Assembly (NCBI GenBank): GCA_038874135.1
Contig: JAVZCZ010000001.1
Location: 320,001 to 384,000 of the forward strand
Source: Candidatus Woesearchaeota archaeon
GTDB lineage: Archaea; Nanobdellota; Nanobdellia; Woesearchaeales; 0-14-0-80-44-23
Direction: 5' to 3'
DNA length: 64,000 bases
Made by a program: the position numbers and the translations under genes. Positions 31,601-39,638 of the stretch are shown one piece after another. Each line of letters starts with the position of its first letter. Positions within the stretch are counted from its first letter, which is position 1. The notes beneath the pieces were generated by a model. It was not told the origin of the DNA and did not search any database. It saw nothing but the letters and a program-made list of their open reading frames with translations.

Positions 31601-31837
31601 AAGCCCGAAAGCAGGACTGGTTATCTTAAGAGTGGAAAGTTCCAGGAGATACAGTCGCCGGCCTTTGGATATAGAATTACGGCTGACAAGTATTTCATTA
31701 AGAATATACTCTCATACTCTGACATATTGCTGAATATGCCCCGAGAGCTTGGTCCTGGAACTCACACTTTGATAATTAAGAATAATGGGCTGCTTCCGGA
31801 TGGAAGGGTGAATATTAGCATAAGTGTGGTGAGCTGA
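22628..31837 (+). CDS. Giant (3069 aa) Cys-rich multidomain surface protein/adhesin (Ig-like and FN3-like repeats)
   Basis: N-terminal hydrophobic segment; repeated D-x-x-x-P linkers; FN3-like motifs (LSW...GY...Y.WRVKA.D..NNWG.WS); many CxD..SGC modules and N-x-S/T sequons; beta-helix-like segment; DDG...DDGVY motif. Confidence 0.85.
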   Translation: MRRKKKTGLGKKRWIFEIRKIQLLYLLIAFLLIIYGFFPSDKEAYFGFKAFAYTCTISSITESSNYAYASGTNVYYANLGTGTFTVNVDAATNIGDCEGGTATVYNVQFPNTVSSGGLDSASPWAWSYTFTSGNTNSYLSQWVTCTYQCTYNGDVWYPSMNSINTFNVYYDSAAPTIGAPVMYAGTRTGDSSGSYFKGTISIRSTISDSGSGILNPSCMVSINGGAWTSSGVTQDASYCYYNNYAPGADFNIKFNVSDNTGRTSASSTSTFYYDATAPTTSVSAVLKGTSTSYTFNTWTKSNITVNGSYCSDAGSGCYATHVCVDSSNSCIPSSNPIPIDVTCSAGSVCTQYVRYNSTDALANYEITKSSTILIDMQSPTTTATAVNSTGASYTFNTWTKSPYVNVTLTCNDASGSGCSLTQYCTDTTNTCTPTTTYTTPVQINAQGISYIRYNSTDNAGNTETTQSKTIKIDTTAPTTSINPNGQSCSATQPSVTLSCSDSYSGCSATYYKIVSAATTCDTTGMSLAAGNVPVNCTQGSYCTNKICTYSVDNVGNSESVVSSNIYYIDLAGPNAPTGLSPSGSCLGTSTPSLSWSAPSDVGCSSVAGYQVEIYTTSDCSGTALQTGYPSSNSWTPSALSTGTYSWRVKAKDALNNWGSWSACALMYIDVSAPSTTISPNGRAWNNTDVTGIILSASQVGCGSAGSTYYKVVSSGTVCNTSGMSTYAAPFDITCPAGSVCTYKVCYYSTDIYGNTETLKSSNIYYIDKQNPNCSVSAISEDSGNSYQYVSGTTIYYSNTDSRAGSFTVNVSASDGSGSGIAKVYFPETVSSGFNDTAAPYSLQYSWDSSDTYSGTATIYVYDSVNNYNSCTFTIVRDISAPSGGSINYFSGVTNVVNQQINVSSGSDSESGVYTAQLYRQSAVLNIGDYTCGAYGALTAVGNSSPIKDYVLDTLSSGYCYKYIYNVSDNVGNVVSYTSSNEIKVDTNTPSIIFVPPTDGDGTATNRNYTFINVTSDKVLSSAVLEWSGTNESMLGSGNNWYKNKTGLAQGLYTYKVYGNDSVNNWGESLQRSIMIDWTSPATSFNPLNQSCSAAQPTVNITCTDNLAGCNKTYYKIINSTQTCNNTNIIEYTTPIQITCPAGEYCQQKICAYSTDLAANQETIKQSGNYTTDLAGPNPVTGLNPTNNTLLNQSSITFSWNSASDIGCAGISNYTINIYSDEACTSLTHTNTTTLTTYAIILSDGTYYWKVAAADALGNMGSWSNCTKLIVDTTPPNTSFVPNSQSCSAAQPTINITCTDNLAGCNKTYYKIINSTQTCNNTNTIEYTTPIQITCPAGQYCQQKICAYSTDLAANQETIKQSGNYTTDLAGPNPVTGLNPTNNTMTNDDTPTLSWNAASDIGCAGISSYHLEIYNGSGCSQLLISTSTTSTEYNTAHLEDGNYSWRVYAVDAFGNIGAWSNCSIIKIHTQGPPCAVTSISENSAFAYTLQSTIYYNNKSSGAYTVNVEVNNSGSGIANVTFPAATSPGGVDSVSPYFWDYNFNLASSYSGTATIYAYDTIGNNESCSFSVYLDNVNPALTILGVPTQWQASDATISIECSDSGAGCNNSRIYYFMNQSGAHCPPFSEAQYHQYNTPFSVSAHTWMCGYVEDYVNNSNLSSPIEIRVDEIPPTSLITGPAAGSWFSSDFEVSTASSDSGGSGLNKCYYKVISSGVQTVDYTEYPCNSNITITVGSGKDCRYDGVDACEVQIYSEDVAGNPSEVDSRNFSIEFGAPQITIYDPGCSFDLTTIYYDIWTLNAGISSCSYEWSADGVSWNQTGFSSSGCVRGENNVLFNTSLCRASEFGNCTVRINATSVAGVTGSANFTFEVDNKAPQITILSTSSTEIWYGNLSTANITTAISENGCLANSCYYALSTNNGSSYGLWKPMSCNSVKNISIAEECPVEGLDICKVKVYANDSEHSGNEDEMAGAWDIDFTPPTTVDDVKVPSWDNWIVYLDTYYSNYYSNVTLNCSDSASGCNRTYYCTYNIGNESECSPNIESYHNPTQFNISCAFNSICTKKVRYYSVDTAGNSEQIKTSEPIYIAVNSYVNNTNASNSQVYNWSDVRYANLENSVVDGCYVRNSVIINSTIVKNADYTTQCRIINSVITNSKIVSSEVVDSVVDESDITGSRIEYSNVFQTIAYYSIIRITQMPCGGFGMVGSVIRDGILTSGYVRYGDYVYYAPKNISEICTGMLPRPVGTLIASPAVVRNGSVVNLTYIGNDVGFSVFVNYSELNYEESLIELKDDGIYPDLRKDDGVYTGSIVVNMDGDGVKILRAEINDNVRNVLHTNTAVILDNTPPYVQFKIDGGKTNTTTRHVVLNIEFRDANGVSACRYANEDLNWTAWEACSSTKAWLLSAGSGVKGVFVEVMDVAGNIATVNDSILLMEGVYDTTPPENLTVIDDGNYTNSNSTLHARWSAFDRESKVFYLYRIEEADGACVPISGSCGWQDALDASEVTVNNLTLEEGRTYRFCVIAQNAYFINSSEVCSDGITTDFTNPRIDYLHGSIPEGSWSNSNLVLFSWNATDPESAGVSSGIYAYSYVLDSKNDTTPDEVPEGVLGMLNNETNTAFSNLKDGIYYFHVRARDLAGNWGPARHYEIRIDRTPPTTPFMLNSNQSTNTNVVIFNWLPAMDYASGVAGYYLSVYRTDTGAYILNNSWIGNVTTYHVSAINGVTYHAYVRAADNAGNIGFDSDVAGATYDNEPPKITFKKPIPEGIVVSNQPILTLDTDEYASCSYNGVEFAYTNSTHHESRVTVLEGQTTTFSIICSDRVGNQVSDFITFTVNTSVTPDSIEIISVESPAYANIPVRVVIQVKKSGVVLQELDRDRFHLWLNGSELKEFSIISMGANYTLTFLAPAKSGLYSLVVGVDSLKSSSKSLEVSDLSLLLMYEGALSSTKTTEKMTYAVESNHSIGIASDSSKVITESSSGQLSVYSDASGSAYIFIVKPEEKPESRTGYLKSGKFQEIQSPAFGYRITADKYFIKNILSYSDILLNMPRELGPGTHTLIIKNNGLLPDGRVNISISVVS
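25891..26191 (+). repeat. Copy 1 of 301-bp intragenic direct repeat
   Basis: Matches 26476-26776 (offset 585 bp) with 5 mismatches by manual comparison. Confidence 0.92.
26476..26776 (+). repeat. Copy 2 of 301-bp intragenic direct repeat
   Basis: Matches 25891-26191; a further 28-bp identity at 26234/26819 has the same offset. Confidence 0.92.
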
Positions 31838-32358
31838 TGGTTCACAAGGTTAAGAGGGGACAGGTGTATGTATTTGCTGCTCTTGTGATTTGCGTTTTAC
31901 TCTACGCCCTCTATGCTGAAACTGGTTCAAAGAGTGTAAAGCTTAAGCAGTATAACAAATGCTCAGAACTTGCGCGGGAGATTCCCAAGATGTTTGATTA
32001 TGCGCTTTATTCAAACCAGAATGGGTTAAGCGTGCTTTCTGAGTTTAATAATAAATTTTCAGAGTATGCTTTGGCATCTGGAGAGCCTCTTGGATTCGTA
32101 TACGGAGCAGCCATTGATAGGAAGATTTATCTTGCAAGTAACTCTTGTAATGGCTGCGAACTCATAGTTTATTATTCAGACGGAAACGCTTCAGTTGTTG
32201 AAAACAACTGCTCTTATGAAGTTGAGGCTGAAAACATAAGCGGAATTGAACTGGTATTTCAAGGAAGAAACTACAGCATGATGCCAGAATCAATTTCGGG
32301 AATAAAGATTTTTTGCTATTCAGGAGATTCAAACAACTTACAGATAAATTATCAATAA
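31837..32358 (+). CDS. Pilin-like protein, class III signal peptide
   Basis: KRG|QVYVFAALVICVLL. Confidence 0.7.
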   Translation: MVHKVKRGQVYVFAALVICVLLYALYAETGSKSVKLKQYNKCSELAREIPKMFDYALYSNQNGLSVLSEFNNKFSEYALASGEPLGFVYGAAIDRKIYLASNSCNGCELIVYYSDGNASVVENNCSYEVEAENISGIELVFQGRNYSMMPESISGIKIFCYSGDSNNLQINYQ

Positions 32359-32378
32359 GAAAAAAGAGGGGTTAGAAA

Positions 32379-32843
32379 ATGCGTTTTGGAAGAGGCAGCA
32401 GGAAGGGAGAGTCCGCCTGGATTGCCTGGGTGATGATAACTGCATTTATGGTCGTGATGGGCGCTCTTATCTATAAGTGGAGCTCCTCATATGCAGCAGC
32501 CTCTGCAGAGCAGGTTGAGGAAAATGCTTATAGAGAAAATTGTAGGGATGTTAGCGTAAATATTAAGGAAGCCTGCCAGGACAACTATACATTAACACTA
32601 AATATTGAAAATGTTGGAAGCGTTAATGTGGATAAGGTAATCATAAACATGTTTGACGCTTTTGGTTATGGAGCGTCCAGAGAGCAAATGCTTAGAATAA
32701 AGCCTGGTTTGAGCAGCATGTGTACTTTTGTAAAGCAGTATGCAATCAGCACAGTTAAAGTTGTGCCCGCGATAAGAGTGAAAAACAAGTGGATAGTATG
32801 CTCTGAAAGGGAGGTGGAATTTACAGGGGTAAAGTATTGTTAA
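32379..32843 (+). CDS. Archaeal type IV pilin-like protein
   Basis: RKG|ESAWIAWVMITAF, hydrophobic helix, IENVG motif, paired Cys. Confidence 0.8.
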   Translation: MRFGRGSRKGESAWIAWVMITAFMVVMGALIYKWSSSYAAASAEQVEENAYRENCRDVSVNIKEACQDNYTLTLNIENVGSVNVDKVIINMFDAFGYGASREQMLRIKPGLSSMCTFVKQYAISTVKVVPAIRVKNKWIVCSEREVEFTGVKYC

Positions 32844-32900
32844 AAGAAAAAATATAAAAATAAAAAAAAGAAGTGAATAATTAAAAAGAGGTGGTATGAA

Positions 32901-33227
32901 ATGCCTGAAAAATTTAAAAAGGAATTTATAGATTTAGAAAAGAAGATTGTGGATGTCCAGCTTGAGAAGTCTAGGCTTAATAGAGAAAAATCAATAAACC
33001 TGCTCAACAAGGGAATTTTACTCTACTTCTCATTCACCTTCCTTGCCCTAGTTGGATTTGTAAATAACTACATAGGCTACTCCTTACTAAATCTTTTGAT
33101 AATAATGGGGCTCTGCACCTTGCTAATAGGAGCAGTGCCATATATAATTAATATGAGTAAAGAGGAAAAAAGGCTGGACGAGCTAAACGAGAGGCTTTTA
33201 AGAATTGAAAAGGGTGATGCAGAATGA
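32901..33227 (+). CDS. Small 2-TM membrane protein
   Basis: Two hydrophobic helices flanked by charged helices; GAGGTGG SD. Confidence 0.7.
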   Translation: MPEKFKKEFIDLEKKIVDVQLEKSRLNREKSINLLNKGILLYFSFTFLALVGFVNNYIGYSLLNLLIIMGLCTLLIGAVPYIINMSKEEKRLDELNERLLRIEKGDAE

Positions 33228-33745
33228 AAAAAATTTTTAGCAGTAGAAGAGGAGTTTCACCACTCATAGCAACAGTACTTTTAATAGCGTTTGCAGTTGC
33301 ACTGGGCGCGGTTGTTATGAACTGGAGCAGGAGCTTTACAGGGGAGCAGATTGAGAACACCAACCAAGTTGCAGGAACAAGCAGTGCCTGCGAATTTAAT
33401 GTGAGGATGCAGCTTGTTGAAATAGGCGGAATAGAAAGAATATGCTATGGTAATGAAAGTGGGAAATTTATAATAAAAAATATAGGAAACACTGAAATAG
33501 AAGGTGTACAGGTTCAAGTAATAGGAAGTCAAAGCGTGGCTGACGCTACAGTAAGTGGAATAGGCTCCACAATAGGAAAGGGAAAGGTTGCGATGGGAAA
33601 CTTCTCATGGAATAATAGTATAGGTGATTTTGAACAGGTTATAATAAGCCCGATAATAAAGGTTAACGGCGTTAATGTAACTTGCACTGGACAGGGAAGA
33701 GAGATTATAAGAACTGCTTCAGAGATGGACAACTGCAACTGGTGA
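33224..33745 (+). CDS. Archaeal type IV pilin (canonical N-terminus)
   Basis: RRG|VSPLIATVLLIAFAVALGAVV, the classical archaeal pilin N-terminal motif; IKNIG. Confidence 0.92.
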   Translation: MKKIFSSRRGVSPLIATVLLIAFAVALGAVVMNWSRSFTGEQIENTNQVAGTSSACEFNVRMQLVEIGGIERICYGNESGKFIIKNIGNTEIEGVQVQVIGSQSVADATVSGIGSTIGKGKVAMGNFSWNNSIGDFEQVIISPIIKVNGVNVTCTGQGREIIRTASEMDNCNW

Positions 33746-33763
33746 ACTCAAGGAGTTATAAAG

Positions 33764-34195
33764 ATGCAGAAACAGAGGAACTTCCTAATAACAGTAATAT
33801 TTGGGGGAATAGGCGCTCTGCTCATAATTTACATACTGCTACTTACTGGAACAATACTTAAAAGCGCTAGGGAAAACATATTTGCTAACACGCTTAGAGG
33901 AGGTTCCTCAAATCAAAATGCCTGCGAAAGATTTTCACTCATCATCAACAAGAACAGTATCCTCTACTCTTACGCTACTCTCACATTTTCAGTGAGAAAC
34001 ACCGGAAGCATCCCAATAACGCAGCTCAGAGTATTAACAGACAGCGAGCCTTACAATGAAAGAATTGTAAATATAAGCAGCATCTACCCTGGCTTTGAGA
34101 AGAATGTTGTAATCACAAACATAAGGGTGAAAGAAAAGTTTTTGGTTTTCCCGCAGAACTGCAATACCAACGGAGAGGAGGTTTATATAAAATAA
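33764..34195 (+). CDS. Pilin-like membrane-anchored protein
   Basis: N-terminal TM, ACE, VRNTGSIPI motif like the neighbouring pilins; no clear cleavage site. Confidence 0.65.
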   Translation: MQKQRNFLITVIFGGIGALLIIYILLLTGTILKSARENIFANTLRGGSSNQNACERFSLIINKNSILYSYATLTFSVRNTGSIPITQLRVLTDSEPYNERIVNISSIYPGFEKNVVITNIRVKEKFLVFPQNCNTNGEEVYIK

Positions 34196-34197
34196 AA

Positions 34198-34956
34198 ATG
34201 GAAAAGAGAAGGGGAGCCAAGGCACAGGTCTGGATTTCAGCAGTGCTCTACACTCTAATCATGGTAGTAGCGGTATTCATAATACTAGAAGCTGGCACCC
34301 CTATAATCAACGGACTCAAAGAAAGAACTGCATTCTCAAGGGCTAAGGACGCCATGCAGGCAATAGACCAATATGTAATACAGATTGCCTCAGAAGGGCC
34401 AGGCTCTCAGAGGACCATCCCGCTTGATATAAGTACTGGAAGGATCTATTCAAAAAATGGTTCTCTCACTTGGGAGATGCAGACCGATTCAAAGGTTGTT
34501 GAGCCGAGAACTGGCAGTAGGTCTGGAAACATTTTAGTAGTTAGCACCACTGCTAACCAGCTTGCATCTCTTTATGAATCAGAAGATTACTGTTATTATA
34601 CTTTGGAGAATTCCCGGATAGTTGCCAGGATTAGCATATTCGGCAATGTGAGCAAGAAGCTTGAGAACTGCTCACCTGAAGTTAATACGAGCACTCTTAT
34701 AAGGTCAATTGTTTTGAAGGAAACTGGAAGTGAAACTTCGGGTGTTTTTAAAATTCTTATAGCTAATGATTCTACTTCCTCATTTGGAAATGGATTTACT
34801 GTTCCCGTTGAAAAAGGGGATGGGCTAGCCTCTGCAGCAGTCCTGCTGTATGTAAACTCAACCAAGTATGACTATGTCCTACAGGTTGGACTTGACAGCA
34901 CATCTGACTTTTTAGAAATAAAACTTCTCAGCGTGAAGGTGAAAGGGAATGGCTGA
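34198..34956 (+). CDS. Minor pilin-like protein, class III signal peptide
   Basis: KA|QVWISAVLYTLI...G.PII...GPGSQR. Confidence 0.75.
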   Translation: MEKRRGAKAQVWISAVLYTLIMVVAVFIILEAGTPIINGLKERTAFSRAKDAMQAIDQYVIQIASEGPGSQRTIPLDISTGRIYSKNGSLTWEMQTDSKVVEPRTGSRSGNILVVSTTANQLASLYESEDYCYYTLENSRIVARISIFGNVSKKLENCSPEVNTSTLIRSIVLKETGSETSGVFKILIANDSTSSFGNGFTVPVEKGDGLASAAVLLYVNSTKYDYVLQVGLDSTSDFLEIKLLSVKVKGNG

Positions 34957-36526
34957 ACCTCCTGGGGGTAAAGTAGAGGAAAAGAATAGTGAAGTGAAAT
35001 TTAGGTTGAATCCTCCTAGGATAATCCCTCTTCCTGAGTTAAAAGATTTTAAAGAAGTTGATGTGAGATATCCTCTTATTCCCCCTTATGCTTTTGCCCA
35101 CATATATTGGGATGAGGAAAAGAAGGAGTTAAGGTACGATGTGGAAGAATTCCCATTAGATAAGGTGGAAGAAGAGCTATTAAAGCTCATAATGACTGGA
35201 ATTGAAGAAGTTCTGGATGTCAGTGCTTCAAAATTGAGAAGCACTGAAACAATGATTGAATATCTAGAAAAGAGCGTGAGGGCAATACTTGCAGAGTTGG
35301 GCGCGAAGATTTCTGAAAAGAGTTACATAAAAATAATGTATTATGTTTATAGAGACTCTATAGGTCTGAACCAGATTGAGCCTTTGATGAATGATTATTA
35401 CATTGAAGATATAGAGTGCAACGGAGTTGGCTATCCTGTTTATGTAGTGCACAGAAAGTATGAAAATATAAGAACTAATGTCATATTTAAGAGCAATTCT
35501 GAGCTTATGAACTTCGTAGAGAAGCTTGCGCAGAAGTGCGACAAGTATGTTTCCTATGCAAGGCCTCTTTTAGACGGAGCGCTTCCTGACGGGTCAAGGG
35601 TTAACGCCACTTATTCTAGGGACATAACCGCTAGAGGCCCAACTTTTACAATAAGGAAATTTACAAAGGCGCCCTTAACTCCTTTGGATCTCATGAGGAA
35701 TAAGACTGCGTGTGCTGAGGCATTTGCCTTCCTTTCCATGCTTGTGCAGCATAAGTTTAACATAATGGTTATTGGGGAGACAGCTTCTGGAAAGACAACA
35801 TTTCTAAATGCCATACTTGACTTCATTCCTAAAGATGCAAGGATATGCTCTATTGAAGACACTCGCGAATTAAACCTGTTGCACTCTAACTGGATCCCAG
35901 CTGTGTCCAGAGTTGGAATGCGAGGTGCCGGATCTGAAAATTATGGCGAGATAACAATGTTTGAGCTGCTGAGCGAGACCTTCAGGCAGAACCCTGATTA
36001 TGTTATCGTGGGAGAGGTTAGAGGTGCTGAAGCGTATGTGCTATTCCAGGGGATGGCTTCTGGACATCCCTCTTACAGCACATTTCACGCTGGATCTGTT
36101 GAGGGGCTTGTCAAGAGGCTTCAAACTCCGCCAATTAATCTTCCAGCAACTTTGATAGAAGCGCTAGATGCAGTATGCATAGTAACTCATATTAAGGAGC
36201 CTGACAAGAATTTTAGAAGATTGATAGGAATAAAGGAGATAAAAAGCGTTAAGGAACAGGCTGGGATTGTAGATGCGAATGATGTGCTGGTGTGGAATGC
36301 AGTTGATGACAGTTTTAACTTTCAAGAACAGTCTTTTGTTTTTGAGAAGATGAGCAGACGAACGGGAATTCCTATTGAGAAGCTGAGAGCAGAGCTGAGG
36401 CAGAGGACCGCCCTGCTTAAGAAGATGCTGGAGCTTCCTAATATTGGAATTAAGGAATTTAACAAAATAATAAATGAGTACTATCTAAATCCCAAAGAGG
36501 TTTTAAGAAGGTTAAATGTTAAGTAG
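34949..36526 (+). CDS. Type IV pilus assembly ATPase (ArlI/TadA/VirB11-like)
   Basis: IEDIECNG, LPDGSRVN, FTIRKF, GETASGKTT, IEDTREL, RQNPDYVIVGEVRG.EA, GH...STFHA. Confidence 0.95.
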   Translation: MAEPPGGKVEEKNSEVKFRLNPPRIIPLPELKDFKEVDVRYPLIPPYAFAHIYWDEEKKELRYDVEEFPLDKVEEELLKLIMTGIEEVLDVSASKLRSTETMIEYLEKSVRAILAELGAKISEKSYIKIMYYVYRDSIGLNQIEPLMNDYYIEDIECNGVGYPVYVVHRKYENIRTNVIFKSNSELMNFVEKLAQKCDKYVSYARPLLDGALPDGSRVNATYSRDITARGPTFTIRKFTKAPLTPLDLMRNKTACAEAFAFLSMLVQHKFNIMVIGETASGKTTFLNAILDFIPKDARICSIEDTRELNLLHSNWIPAVSRVGMRGAGSENYGEITMFELLSETFRQNPDYVIVGEVRGAEAYVLFQGMASGHPSYSTFHAGSVEGLVKRLQTPPINLPATLIEALDAVCIVTHIKEPDKNFRRLIGIKEIKSVKEQAGIVDANDVLVWNAVDDSFNFQEQSFVFEKMSRRTGIPIEKLRAELRQRTALLKKMLELPNIGIKEFNKIINEYYLNPKEVLRRLNVK

Positions 36527-36538
36527 AAAGATTAGAAG

Positions 36539-36802
36539 GTGACGCAGGTTATGAAAGGTGTAAAATTTGTGGAAGGAGATAAAAAGGTTAGTGATGCGGA
36601 CCTGCTATTGAGAGAGGTTGAGGATGAGATAATGGGGTTGCGCGCTCTTACAGGAATTTATAAGGAAAGTGCTGCGCAGGTGCTGAATGGGGGAAGCTAT
36701 CTAAACGCGGAAAGGGCAATTGTGGTAAGAGAGAGAATACTTGAAGAGTCGCTCTCGCTCAGGGACTCGCTGATAAGTTTCTTAAAAAAAGAGAGGGTCT
36801 AA
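36539..36802 (+). CDS. Small helical hypothetical protein in pilus cluster
   Basis: Fills the gap between ATPase and platform gene; its stop abuts the next ATG. Confidence 0.6.
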   Translation: MTQVMKGVKFVEGDKKVSDADLLLREVEDEIMGLRALTGIYKESAAQVLNGGSYLNAERAIVVRERILEESLSLRDSLISFLKKERV

Positions 36803-38692
36803 ATGCGCAATTTCAGCCATGGGGAAGCGGAAAAAGCGCTCTCTCAGCTTGAATATGCGGAGAAGCTTGCTGAGGATATGCTCAGCCTATTTTATGAGCT
36901 TAGAAACTACTACGAGTTGAAGCAGGAAACCTTATCTGAGCTGAAAAGGCTTGAGGAAGATTACCAAAACAGAAGATATAATTATGAACAGTTCAGCAAG
37001 CAGCTTTCCTCTCTCTTAGAAGGTAAGAGTAAGTCTGAATTCATCTCAGAATACAACCAACAGCTTCTAAATATAGGGCTCAGAATCGAAAATCTTAACA
37101 GCAGGCTATTTCACACAATATACCATTCAGAAGCTCACATCCTCATAAGCCAAATACTTGCAGAATTAAGAGAAGAAGAATTTGAACTTATAAATAAGCT
37201 GAAGGAAAAAAAGAGAGAGGAACACACTAAAGAAGAGATAGCTGAACAGATGGCAATTTCTGAGAAGATTGAGCCTACACAAACGAGTGAGGTAAACCTT
37301 GTAGGAGGAGCTGCTGCGCAGAGAGTGCCGAACCCAGTAGAAAAAAAAGATGTGGCAGCTAAAGATAAAAAGAGAAATTATGAGAATGTGGGAATGAGAA
37401 TTTTACAGATCATGTCAGCCCCATTCAGAGTGGTTTTTGAATCTTTCAGGGAGCTCTTCAGAGAGGAGGAAGAGAAAAAATTAGGAAGAAAATTCAAATT
37501 CAGCGAAAAAACTGAAGTTAAAAGGGTTAGAATAAAAAAGCCTGAATTGCCCCACACTAAGAAGAAAGAGGAGGGAGCATTTAAAAGCCCTTTGGCAGGC
37601 TTTTTTAAGATAAGACCTTTTAGAAAGATTAGAGAGCAGATTCTTGCATCAGATGATTTTCTGAGTGAAGAAAATTATGTACCAATAACAGTTGAGCTTA
37701 TAAAAGAGGGTTCAAAGCCGGAAGAGCTTAGGCGCACATTACTGCTCAAAGAATCCGAAAGGATAGAGCGTATAATTAATAAGAGTAAGGCATACTTCAC
37801 AAGGGGAACACCTACTCTGGCAGTAATTGCAAATATAAGTGTCAAGCAGCTTACTCACAGGTTAATAGTTCTCTTTCCCTCATTTTTCAAGACTATATAC
37901 AAGAATCTCAGAGGAGCAGATGTAAGGATGCTCTCCAATACTTATGCCAACATGATGGTGTTCTTTTCAATAGTAGCTTTCATTTTCGGAATTGGGATAG
38001 GACTTCCAGTAAGTGTTGCTCTCGGAAATGGCATTGCACTAGCAATTATCAAGTCAGTTATTTTAGGAATAATTTTCGGAGCTGCCTGCACATACGGCTT
38101 TTATGCTTATCCAAAGCTTCAGATGCAGCAGAGGATCAGAAGCATAAAATCAAACCTGCCTTTTGCACTTAATCACATGGCGGCAATCTCATCTTCAGGA
38201 AGCCCTCCAATAATGATTTTTAAGCTCATAGGAAGCTCTCCTGACTATGGAGAAATCTCTGTAGAGTTTCAAAAGATTGTTGACTATGTTGAAATATTCG
38301 GTTTTGACCCAGTTACAGCAATAAAGAATGTTGCTTCCAATACGCCGTCTAAGGAGCTTAAGGAGCTCTTAGAAGGCCTTGTCTCCACACTTAAAGCTGG
38401 CGGGGAGATAAAAAGTATGCTGAGGCAAAAGGCTGAGGAGGCGCTCAACAATTACAGGCTTGAGCTTCAGAACTACAATGAAACAATAGCTACCTATTCT
38501 GACATGTATACTGGAATTTTGATAGCTGCGCCCCTATTTTTCATAGTCACATTAGCAATGGTAAGCATACTGGGAGGAAATGTTGGGAACATGAATATTG
38601 GGACGCTTATGGTTGTAAGCACATATGTTGCCATTCCAATACTCAATGTTTTGTTCCTAGTGTTTTTGGAAATGAGTCAACCGAATATATAA
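36803..38692 (+). CDS. Type IV pilus platform protein (T2SS-F/TadC-like) with long N-terminal cytoplasmic extension
   Basis: C-terminal half: LPFALNHMAAI..SG, YGEISVEF, TPSKELKELL, multiple TMs. Confidence 0.88.
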   Translation: MRNFSHGEAEKALSQLEYAEKLAEDMLSLFYELRNYYELKQETLSELKRLEEDYQNRRYNYEQFSKQLSSLLEGKSKSEFISEYNQQLLNIGLRIENLNSRLFHTIYHSEAHILISQILAELREEEFELINKLKEKKREEHTKEEIAEQMAISEKIEPTQTSEVNLVGGAAAQRVPNPVEKKDVAAKDKKRNYENVGMRILQIMSAPFRVVFESFRELFREEEEKKLGRKFKFSEKTEVKRVRIKKPELPHTKKKEEGAFKSPLAGFFKIRPFRKIREQILASDDFLSEENYVPITVELIKEGSKPEELRRTLLLKESERIERIINKSKAYFTRGTPTLAVIANISVKQLTHRLIVLFPSFFKTIYKNLRGADVRMLSNTYANMMVFFSIVAFIFGIGIGLPVSVALGNGIALAIIKSVILGIIFGAACTYGFYAYPKLQMQQRIRSIKSNLPFALNHMAAISSSGSPPIMIFKLIGSSPDYGEISVEFQKIVDYVEIFGFDPVTAIKNVASNTPSKELKELLEGLVSTLKAGGEIKSMLRQKAEEALNNYRLELQNYNETIATYSDMYTGILIAAPLFFIVTLAMVSILGGNVGNMNIGTLMVVSTYVAIPILNVLFLVFLEMSQPNI

Positions 38693-38728
38693 CACAATGA
38701 AGAGTGAATAGTATAATAAAGGTGAAGC

Positions 38729-39634
38729 ATGGCGATAAAATTTGAGAATAGGCACATTGCAGGAATCTCAATAGGAGTTGCATTCATAATACTTGACATT
38801 ATAATTCTGAATAAGAGTCCTCTGTTCGTCCCAATACTGGCAGTTTCAGTGATAATAATTGCGTCCCAATTTTTAATAGACTTCATAGTAGAAACTAGAA
38901 AACAGAAGGAGATTGAAGAACAATTTCCAGAATTTGTGAGAAACTTTGTGGATGGAATAAATTCAGGAATGCCCCCCACGCTTGCGGTCATAAACGCTTC
39001 AAAAGAGGACTATGGCGCTCTCACGCCTCACGTCATAAGATTAGCTCACCAGCTAGAATGGGCAATTCCATTTCACAAGGCCCTAACAAAATTTGCAGAA
39101 TCAACCAACAACTCGCTAATAAAGAAAACAGTGGCTACAGTTATTGAAGCTGAGAGCTACGGTGGAAACATTGAGGATGTTTTGAAATCAGTAACGCAGT
39201 CCCTAATTGAGGTCAAAAAGATAAGGGCTGAGAGGAGGTACAGCATCCGTTCTCAGGTCATGCAGTCTTACATAATATTTATAGTATTCATTGGCATAAT
39301 AATAGTGATACAAAATTTTCTCATTCCCTACATGAAGAGCGTAAGCGCCAGTTCGGCCAGCATGTTCGGAGGAGCACCCACTGCTACGATAAGCATTCCG
39401 CAGAAAGCTGTTATCTCCTTTTCCTCATTCGGAGCGTTTGTTCGCTCGTTCTCTGAATGGCTAAAAAGCCTGAACGGAATATTCATAATGCTCTCAGTAA
39501 TTCAGGGACTATTCGCTGGACTAGTAATAGGTAAGCTCTCAGAAGGAGACATAAGATACGGAATAAAGCACTCAGTCATCCTTATGAGTATGGCTTTCAT
39601 ACTAATATCTCTGTCGCAAGGGTTTGTAAGGTGA
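38729..39634 (+). CDS. Type IV pilus platform protein (T2SS-F/TadC-like)
   Basis: IEEQFPEFVR....SG, DYGALT, GG.IEDVL, IQGLFAGLVIGK..EG....G.KHS. Confidence 0.92.
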   Translation: MAIKFENRHIAGISIGVAFIILDIIILNKSPLFVPILAVSVIIIASQFLIDFIVETRKQKEIEEQFPEFVRNFVDGINSGMPPTLAVINASKEDYGALTPHVIRLAHQLEWAIPFHKALTKFAESTNNSLIKKTVATVIEAESYGGNIEDVLKSVTQSLIEVKKIRAERRYSIRSQVMQSYIIFIVFIGIIIVIQNFLIPYMKSVSASSASMFGGAPTATISIPQKAVISFSSFGAFVRSFSEWLKSLNGIFIMLSVIQGLFAGLVIGKLSEGDIRYGIKHSVILMSMAFILISLSQGFVR

Positions 39635-39638
39635 AAAA

